Source: Candidatus Saccharimonadia bacterium (GTDB lineage Bacteria > Patescibacteriota > Saccharimonadia > Saccharimonadales > 2-12-FULL-41-12). Taken from it: a stretch of 64,000 nt of DNA. Positions 58,267-64,000 of this stretch are shown one piece after another. A program made the translations under genes and the position numbers. How positions within the stretch are numbered: the first letter of the stretch is position 1; every line of letters begins with the position of its first letter. The DNA lies in the NCBI GenBank assembly GCA_963717365.1, contig OY970327.1, positions 1,119,752 to 1,183,751 on the forward strand, in the 5' to 3' direction. The notes below the pieces were generated by a model that made no database searches, had not been told where the DNA came from, and saw only the letters and a program-made list of their open reading frames with translations.

Positions 58267-58435
58267 TTTTATCCTTTATACATAGTGTTTATCCTCTTTA
58301 TTATAACACTATAGCCAGAGGTGATGTATCTTTTGAACTGGAATATGAATATTCTAAATCCGAATAGGCTTGCTGATATTCATACGGCTTTTCGATGATA
58401 CAATTAAATAGTTCGAGAAGGGTTACCTTATCTCG

Positions 58436-58477
58436 ACCAAGCAAAGGGCCGTCCATAGTGACGGCTTTTTGCTTGGT
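58436..58477. terminator. long hairpin at the island/chromosome boundary (terminator-like)
   Basis: ACCAAGCAAA-GG-GCCGTC / GACGGC-TT-TTTGCTTGGT. The core 6-bp stem is followed by TTTTT on the plus strand. It lies 20 nt downstream of the minus-strand gene 58497..59054. Confidence 0.5.
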
Positions 58478-58496
58478 CTAGAGTACCGCCGAAAAC

Positions 58497-59054
58497 CTAA
58501 CGAGCACCGTCTTCCCGATGGCTTCTTGTAAATGACATTGCTAGGGCGGCCGATCCAATTATTACCATCGAGCTAAACCCCCCTACAAAACCTATGGATA
58601 TAATATAATCTGTAGCTTCATTTGATGACACGCTGCTTGCTTTTATGTCGGCTGCTTCTTGTAAGTTTTCAATACTTGGGAGTTGGACGTTAGCTCCGGT
58701 AAGCACTACCTTAGGGGTTATTGGCGCCTGTATTTCGCTAACGGCTTGATCGATGATGCCACAGTCAATTCTTTCAGCAGGAGTTAACGCAGTATATTTT
58801 ACGGTTGGCATAGCAGATTCGTTATCGGTGTAACGTTCTACTACCAATTGGCATCTCTCATGTTGTTTCTGCTCTTTATAAGGTCCACCGCTGAGACCAT
58901 GCTCTATACCGGTTTTATTTGCCAAAGTATAACCGCCAAAGCCGCAACTGGCTACTACTAGAGCTGCCATGCTTGAGAGCACCGCTCGCCGCCGATCAAT
59001 ATTATTTTTTAGTCGGTCTAATCTTTCGCTCATATCTCTCCTCTTTGCAAGCAA
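58497..59054 (-). CDS. bitopic membrane protein (N- and C-terminal TM helices), unknown function
   Basis: 185-aa ORF with TM helices near residues 25-45 and 150-175. Confidence 0.55.
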   Translation of the reverse strand: MLAKRRDMSERLDRLKNNIDRRRAVLSSMAALVVASCGFGGYTLANKTGIEHGLSGGPYKEQKQHERCQLVVERYTDNESAMPTVKYTALTPAERIDCGIIDQAVSEIQAPITPKVVLTGANVQLPSIENLQEAADIKASSVSSNEATDYIISIGFVGGFSSMVIIGSAALAMSFTRSHREDGAR

Positions 59055-59100
59055 ATATAGTTAATTAATATCAAAATTAGGTAAATCCGTCAACAATATA

Positions 59101-59847
59101 CTATAACTTGTACAATAGTGATTTGCGGTAAGATTCGGCTTCAGATTTTGCATCCTGCATATTATCGGCCAGTTCCCAACGAAACGCATTAGCCAAGCCA
59201 GAAATTCTGTTGTTGGCACGAGGCTTAGCTAGATCAAAGTCAATCTGTTCAGCTTGCAAGGGTTCTTGGAAAACAATGGTCATAGTATTCTTCTCAACGG
59301 TACCAGCAATGCCAGCCGGGATTACCGGCACACCATACTTAATAGCTAAATAGCCAATACTGCCCTTGAGCTTGCCAATTGGCTCTGCCTGCTCCATCCG
59401 CTTGCCTTGAGGATAAATACAAAATGGCTCTTTGTTAACTATAAATATCTGATTAAGACGCTCCAGTACCCGGGGTTGATTTTCTAACGAAACACTACGA
59501 TTAATCGGAAATCCGCCCCCATGCTCAACAAATCTTCCGGTTGCCCAGCCAAACTTTCCCTCCCAAAATTCACTTTTAGCCACGAAGTGTAAATTATGGC
59601 CAACAGCATCGAGTACTGCTTTGCCAACGACAGCAGTATCCAAATGGCTAATATGATTTGGGCTAACAATGTACGGTCCTTCTTCGGGTATGTTGTCTGC
59701 GCCAACTACCGTTAACCCACCTTTGTTTGAAATATAGCGTGTAAACACGGCATTAAGGAAGCCGCAATAGCGTGGTGATGGCTCAGGACAGCGCTCAAAA
59801 GCTTTAAGGCTAGGCTCTGGCGGGGAATTAGACTTTCGTAAACTCAT
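59101..59847 (-). CDS. plsC: 1-acyl-sn-glycerol-3-phosphate acyltransferase family
   Basis: NHISHLD (H....D catalytic motif), FVAKSE and IYPQGKR blocks. Confidence 0.8.
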   Translation of the reverse strand: MSLRKSNSPPEPSLKAFERCPEPSPRYCGFLNAVFTRYISNKGGLTVVGADNIPEEGPYIVSPNHISHLDTAVVGKAVLDAVGHNLHFVAKSEFWEGKFGWATGRFVEHGGGFPINRSVSLENQPRVLERLNQIFIVNKEPFCIYPQGKRMEQAEPIGKLKGSIGYLAIKYGVPVIPAGIAGTVEKNTMTIVFQEPLQAEQIDFDLAKPRANNRISGLANAFRWELADNMQDAKSEAESYRKSLLYKL

Positions 59848-59911
59848 GTGAGGTAAATTTTAAATGAAATTATGGCTATAAACAAAAGCGTTACCAGAGA
59901 ATTAAATGGAA

Positions 59912-60101
59912 AAAGGCTTTAGTACAGGTTGTTAAAAAATGTGTGATGCGATGCATCGAACAGATTTGTTACGTGTGTACTAAAGCCTTTGGCCTAGGGG
60001 AGCATGATTTGCTACTTCAGTTCAAGACATTCTTGAACCTACTTAACCCTAGGTAGTGGAGTGGTGCGTTACCGCTCGCCGATCGACGTCTGTCGTAGAC
60101 G
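59912..60101 (-). other. structured intergenic region (nested hairpins), candidate 3' UTR element or small RNA
   Basis: 15-bp perfect stem 59912..59926 / 59976..59990. 7-bp stem 59993..59999 / 60047..60053 enclosing the 8-bp hairpin 60020..60038. 5-bp hairpin 60087..60101. A U-run follows the outermost stem on the minus strand. Confidence 0.4.
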
Positions 60102-60108
60102 GTGCCTT

Positions 60109-60345
60109 TCAGCGTTTGAAGGTCATGACCTTGGTCATGCGCTCACAGACACTGGTGTTCGGCCAACGCTTCTTGCCATCCACAACGGCGACATAAAGCA
60201 CGACGGCGCAAGGCGCTAGAAACGACAACACGGTTGCGGCGTCTTTGTAGCCGGCGCTGAACACAGCGAGAATCACGATGATGGCTACCAGCAGCGGGAG
60301 CACCACCATGTCAACGTACTGCTTTTCGTTCTTTTTGAGTCGCAT
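60109..60345 (-). CDS. 78-aa two-TM membrane protein in a GC-rich insert
   Basis: Strong RBS GAGAGGAG 6 nt upstream. Two hydrophobic helices. G/C-ending codons, unlike neighbouring genes. Confidence 0.6.
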   Translation of the reverse strand: MRLKKNEKQYVDMVVLPLLVAIIVILAVFSAGYKDAATVLSFLAPCAVVLYVAVVDGKKRWPNTSVCERMTKVMTFKR

Positions 60346-60512
60346 TGCTGCTCCTCTCTGGGGTGGTGGACATTACTCCTATCAATCTGTTGATTGACAC
60401 ACCAACCATAGCATAAAGAACGTTTCTAGAAAATTGGATATGCTTACAAATTATGGTATTTGACACATTGTTAAGTATGTTATTAAATGTTCCTAATTCA
60501 AATGGAGTTACT

Positions 60513-60845
60513 ATGGATTTAAATGGTCACAATAGAATTACGGAAATACTAAGTAGCCGAGAGTATATATACAATGTCTCAGTACATCCCACTGATTGGG
60601 AATTTGTAAATGAAGCAGCAGAGGATCAGAGTGCTCGCATATATGAAGACGCCAGATTTGTAGATATTGTTACTACTGCGCTTCCTAGTGCTGTGCTAAC
60701 GGCTTTGCACGAAGGAGGAGTTTTGTATGATGAAGATCAGCAAGCCGCCCACAAGGGAGTTAATGGTCCAGTACTAAAATTGCTCGGCATCTGTAAAGAT
60801 AATGTCTATACACTAACGTTTAAAGACATGGTCTCAACCAAATAA
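60513..60845 (+). CDS. hypothetical protein
   Basis: ORF-track 60453..60845. The ATG at 60513 is preceded by GGAG. Confidence 0.5.
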   Translation: MDLNGHNRITEILSSREYIYNVSVHPTDWEFVNEAAEDQSARIYEDARFVDIVTTALPSAVLTALHEGGVLYDEDQQAAHKGVNGPVLKLLGICKDNVYTLTFKDMVSTK

Positions 60846-60846
60846 T

Positions 60847-61188
60847 ATGATAGAAACCAATAAAACCAATAAGGGTTCTACTTCACCAGAAAAGAAAAAG
60901 AAAAAAGACAGTACCGAAAAAGAGGGCTGGTTTGATAATATGGTGAGCACCATGCAGTTAAAATGGGAAGAGCGGCCATCACTAAGTACGATACAGCTGT
61001 ATCATTTCCCTATATTTTTAGCAGTAGGAGCTATTGCCATAGGTACATTTGATGCCACTTTTGACACTAAAATAGCCGAGAAAATGAAGGCCGAACAAGT
61101 CGAAAAACAAGATGGCTTTTTTGAACGACAAGTTGAAGGAGCGATTCACGAAATTGGAAAAATCGCCGTTGATATGAAGGATGATTAA
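60847..61188 (+). CDS. small membrane protein, Lys-rich N-terminus
   Basis: 113-aa ORF starting 1 nt after the upstream stop. One TM helix (FPIFLAVGAIAIGTF). Confidence 0.5.
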   Translation: MIETNKTNKGSTSPEKKKKKDSTEKEGWFDNMVSTMQLKWEERPSLSTIQLYHFPIFLAVGAIAIGTFDATFDTKIAEKMKAEQVEKQDGFFERQVEGAIHEIGKIAVDMKDD

Positions 61189-61291
61189 CCGGTCGTACTG
61201 CACATGGTTACTTAGGCGGTAGATGTTATAAGTAATTTATATTTAATGAACGTAACACCAGGAACAGATCACCAATAATAAAGGACAATGT

Positions 61292-61576
61292 ATGCCATCA
61301 GAAAAAATTAATTCAACCAATACAGAACCTGACCGCGAATCTAGCGTGACGCGCCGATTTGTGATGGGAGCGTTGGTGGGCGTAGTTTATAGTGGCGTCT
61401 GGATTGCCGGACTAGAGACTATGGACGCTGTGGGGTTTGTTGAAGCTGAACGAGAAGCTGAGATTATTGCTGGTGTGGCAATAACCGCTATAGCAGGCTT
61501 TGTGGCTGCACGTGGAGACGGCGCCGTGTCATTAAAATTTAGGCGTCAGGATAAGAAGACGAGGAGTAACACATGA
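61292..61576 (+). CDS. small two-TM membrane protein
   Basis: 94-aa ORF with a GGA-rich RBS region and two hydrophobic segments. Confidence 0.5.
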   Translation: MPSEKINSTNTEPDRESSVTRRFVMGALVGVVYSGVWIAGLETMDAVGFVEAEREAEIIAGVAITAIAGFVAARGDGAVSLKFRRQDKKTRSNT

Positions 61577-62067
61577 GGGTTGTATCTAGAGCTGCGGTAG
61601 CCATAGCAGCCGGGCTTGTCAGTTTTGGGTCAAGCCGTGGATTTACTGAACTCAGAGATATACCCGGATATGCCCAGGAAGTTAATCAGAAGGTAGAGCG
61701 CTGTGTCCCAAGCTTAGGACAAACTGCTACGCGTGCATCTGAACTACCGGAAGAATGCAAGAATTTTGAAGACAACTTTGAGTACGAAGAAACTATAGTA
61801 TATGCCTATGACCCCAAAGAGCGTGTTAGAAAAGAAATTAGTGTTAAGCGAACTTATACTTTACCTTCCGCTGCAGAATTGCGCGAACAACATTTCATGA
61901 CACCAACAGATATACAAGAAGAGGAAACAGAAGCTAAAAATACTGACATCGGTTTAGGTGGTTTTATTGCTGTCTTTGGCTTTTGCTTTATGTCACTGGC
62001 GGATGTGGCCGAAAAAAGGCGAAAACGTAAGCAAGACGAGCTACGAAAAAATAAACAAAAATTGTAA
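61573..62067 (+). CDS. bitopic membrane protein, basic C-terminal tail
   Basis: ATGA overlap with the upstream gene. N- and C-terminal hydrophobic helices, the same architecture as 58497..59054. Confidence 0.55.
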   Translation: MRVVSRAAVAIAAGLVSFGSSRGFTELRDIPGYAQEVNQKVERCVPSLGQTATRASELPEECKNFEDNFEYEETIVYAYDPKERVRKEISVKRTYTLPSAAELREQHFMTPTDIQEEETEAKNTDIGLGGFIAVFGFCFMSLADVAEKRRKRKQDELRKNKQKL

Positions 62068-62128
62068 CAAGCGTTTGGGGCAATAATATTGATAAATATA
62101 CCTTTATATATTATAATAAATATTAATT

Positions 62129-62521
62129 ATGGCCAATGTAATAAAGAGATCTGTCGATGCGCTTCGAACTGCTCCCTTTGGCTTTTCTCTGATTGGGCTT
62201 ACGATTTTAAATGGACCTGTGCTGGCTTTAACGGAAAACGGTGCTGAAGCATTAGATTTACTTGTAATTCCGCTGGATGGAGCTAGCGTGGCAATAGGTG
62301 GAATATTTGTTGTCCGCCAGTATCGATTAAGACGACGGCTCGAAGACAGCATAGAACGCAACGGCTACGACGATCGCTTATTTGATCCAACTACCAAAGA
62401 GTGGTGTAATCGGCAAACTGCTCGTGTTGTTTGTGGTAACAGTGGTGATTTGGCGCAATACGAAGCATTATGTGAACAGAAACGCGCTACTAACGAATTA
62501 CCAAGGATGCCACATGTTTAA
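62129..62521 (+). CDS. membrane protein, unknown function
   Basis: 130-aa ORF. The N-terminus APFG|FSLIGLTIL is vaguely prepilin-like but lacks E5. A second hydrophobic helix follows. Confidence 0.5.
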   Translation: MANVIKRSVDALRTAPFGFSLIGLTILNGPVLALTENGAEALDLLVIPLDGASVAIGGIFVVRQYRLRRRLEDSIERNGYDDRLFDPTTKEWCNRQTARVVCGNSGDLAQYEALCEQKRATNELPRMPHV

Positions 62522-62616
62522 TATTATTACGCATACTTCTATAAAACTGTTGACCAGGCTGCAAAAAAAGAGTATTTATAGTAATAGTAATAAATCTTAC
62601 ATACGAAAAATAAATT

Positions 62617-63078
62617 ATGGCTACTGAATCTCAATCTGAAATAATATCCCTCGAAGATTACGAATTCGGGAAGATTGGCTGTTGTCCACTTGATGAACTT
62701 GAAGACGATGCTTTATATAGGTTGCGTACAAAAGAACTTGGCTATGAAAACCAGGCATTGTCGCTTGGTAGTTTTGCTACCGATATTACAGTCAGAGTGA
62801 TAGGTAAAAACTGTAATCCGAAAAGTGCTGAAGTAGCCTATGAAGCCTATGGCAATAGATCGGGTGAGGCAATTGGAGTTGATATAAAGAGTGCAGATCT
62901 TGAAGGTTTAATTTATAAAAATGAAGCTAGTAAGTGTCGAGGTGACGATGTTGGCTATTTCTTAGCTGCCGACGAAACCTTAGGCTTAGAAGACGGCAGA
63001 CTAGTGGTCCGCCTACTAGAACCGCTACGACAGAAAAAAGCGGTGCAGTTGAAGTCGATGGAATTGCCGCGAGAATAG
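62617..63078 (+). CDS. hypothetical cytoplasmic protein
   Basis: 153-aa acidic ORF. No motif recognised. Confidence 0.5.
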   Translation: MATESQSEIISLEDYEFGKIGCCPLDELEDDALYRLRTKELGYENQALSLGSFATDITVRVIGKNCNPKSAEVAYEAYGNRSGEAIGVDIKSADLEGLIYKNEASKCRGDDVGYFLAADETLGLEDGRLVVRLLEPLRQKKAVQLKSMELPRE

Positions 63079-63109
63079 CTCTTACAAACTCGTAAAATAG
63101 AAAGCAAAC

Positions 63110-63652
63110 ATGAAAAAAAATGAAAATGGCTTTGGCCTGATTGCGATACTTGTGCCGATTATTATGATTGTGGCGGCTGGATTTGCCGGCTGGTACGTGT
63201 GGCAAAAAAATAAAACCGAATCTAGTGCCAAAGTCACGAGTCGGGCAAACCCAAACACAACACCTGATAAAAGCGGTGCGCCGGAAACTACGCGCACAGC
63301 TACTGCAAAAGAAGAACTTGAAAATCAGGATCAGTTGCTAAGGAATCATGTGTCTCGTCTGGTAGCTGGCGTAGTTGAGTATGCGTCAAACAACAACGGT
63401 ATTTTCCCCCAGGATCTTGTGGGCGTTCGAGCGGCAGCCGAAGTTGACGGCAAGCCGGTCCAAAATGTGTATCGGTCATGGAAAAATGCTGGGCCAATCA
63501 CCCAGGGGAAGCCAGAAGCTTCAACCTTTTACTACGCAACCTTCCATACCTGTGATCCTACAAATAACCTTATGAGCGCTGGCGGTACTAAGCGTATGAG
63601 CGCAGTCGTTGTGCAAATGCCTTCCGGCGCTGCTTACTGCACCGAAAATTAG
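63110..63652 (+). CDS. pilin-like protein lacking Glu5
   Basis: Short leader MKKNENG|FGLIAILVPIIMIV (G-F junction, hydrophobic helix, no E5) and a C-terminal Cys pair (HTCDP...AAYC) like a pilin D-region. Confidence 0.5.
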   Translation: MKKNENGFGLIAILVPIIMIVAAGFAGWYVWQKNKTESSAKVTSRANPNTTPDKSGAPETTRTATAKEELENQDQLLRNHVSRLVAGVVEYASNNNGIFPQDLVGVRAAAEVDGKPVQNVYRSWKNAGPITQGKPEASTFYYATFHTCDPTNNLMSAGGTKRMSAVVVQMPSGAAYCTEN

Positions 63653-63699
63653 AGTACCAATAACTGTGTTTTATAGGGTATGCTATCTCTAGAGTAACT

Positions 63700-64000
63700 A
63701 TGAACATTATTGATTCCACTAAACAATTTGTTCGCGGCAAGATGGACTGCCTGGCAGCCGGTCTAGACAAATTGACCGACGGCGCCATAACACCCAACGG
63801 TATCACGATTACTAGTTTCGCTGGACATTTCGCAGTTGGCTACTTGATTATTTTTGATTATTTAATAATTGCCGGCCTGTGCCTGATTGTATTTGGGTTG
63901 ATGGACGCACTAGACGGCGCCCTGGCCAGGCATAAAAAAATTGCCAGTACGCAGGGCATGTTTTTTGACGCGTCAACCGACCGGCTGAAAGAAGTCGTGT
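63700..64000 (+). CDS. CDP-alcohol phosphatidyltransferase family protein (5' part, runs off the window)
   Basis: Hand-translated from the ATG at 63700. DALDGALARHKKIASTQGMFFDASTDRLKE fits DG..AR........G...D...D. Confidence 0.75.
   Translation, partial: MNIIDSTKQFVRGKMDCLAAGLDKLTDGAITPNGITITSFAGHFAVGYLIIFDYLIIAGLCLIVFGLMDALDGALARHKKIASTQGMFFDASTDRLKEVV

Larger units (their letters stand above)
53194..58436. mobile_element. integrated AT-rich genomic island adjacent to tRNA-Pro (serine recombinase + R-M + unknown cargo)
   Basis: Hand-counted 60-nt samples give 30-33% GC inside, against 33-58% (mostly 42-58%) in the flanks. Carries a large serine recombinase and a type II R-M. The right edge sits at tandem hairpins 58413..58477. 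The exact ends are not determined. Confidence 0.6.

Noticed and set aside
53243-58436. GCGC avoidance within the island as evidence for the R-M specificity.
   Set aside because: The hand scan found two sites, against about three expected at ~32% GC. That is not a meaningful depletion.
58300-58500. An expected direct repeat of the tRNA-Pro 3' end marking the right island border.
   Set aside because: No match of 10 nt or more to the tRNA was seen. The border is inferred only from composition and hairpins.
1-64000. A search for CRISPR arrays, rRNA genes, additional tRNAs, and RNase P / tmRNA / SRP-like signatures in all intergenic gaps over 150 nt.
   Set aside because: No spaced direct repeats, no rRNA-like stretches, and no conserved ncRNA core motifs that I could recognise by eye. 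Only one tRNA was found. A covariance-model scan is still needed.
1-64000. Alternative genetic code (UGA recoding), as in some CPR lineages.
   Set aside because: Genes are long and intact in code 11. TGA closes many well-supported ORFs, often in ATGA start/stop overlaps, for example at 22772, 47662 and 61573.

Overview
64-kb chromosomal window, roughly 45% GC by hand counts, compact, with many 1-8 nt start/stop overlaps. It reads cleanly in the standard bacterial code. The gene content suggests a reduced-genome, monoderm-type bacterium such as a CPR/Patescibacteria (Saccharibacteria-like) lineage. That content is RNase J plus RNase Y, a secretin-less type IV pilus operon, a sortase-like gene, tsaE/tsaB, and many orphan small and membrane proteins. 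The taxonomy is inference only. Layout: (1) 1-7 kb holds orphan hypothetical genes plus a PP2C phosphatase. (2) 5.4-14.8 kb is a co-directional run of small-molecule and nucleotide-handling enzymes, ending in uppS: P-loop kinases, ITPase, GNAT, AstE/AspA-like, ICMT-like, SemiSWEET, APH-like and a histidine phosphatase. (3) 15-19 kb holds surface and secreted proteins, including an LRR protein and a GH3 enzyme. (4) 19.3-21.5 kb holds rnj, which is split by a +1 frame change at a CUU-UAA-G site and sits behind a consensus promoter and a long repeat-bearing leader. (5) 21.9-25 kb is a PRTase-like / LOG-like / AstE-like / APH-like operon. (6) 25-31 kb holds envelope proteins and an orphan PAS histidine kinase. 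(7) 31-35 kb holds yebC-ruvC-(HD)-ruvA-ruvB. (8) 35.5-44.4 kb is a minus-strand type IV pilus supra-operon. (9) 44.6-53 kb holds recA-(mazG-like)-recX, tsaEB, a sortase-like gene, rny and ymdB. (10) 53.1-58.5 kb holds tRNA-Pro(UGG) followed by an AT-rich ~5.2-kb integrated island. The island carries a large serine recombinase, a HhaI/HinP1I-like (GCGC) R-M system and unknown cargo. (11) 58.5-64 kb holds plsC, a structured intergenic region, a GC-rich ~300-bp micro-island encoding a 78-aa two-TM protein, and a run of small membrane proteins. No CRISPR array, rRNA or classic named defence system other than the R-M was seen. The items most worth follow-up are the rnj frame break, the island and its cargo, the PRTase/LOG-like operon and the GC-rich micro-island with its structured RNA region. 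All family calls come from motifs read by eye, and no searches were run.
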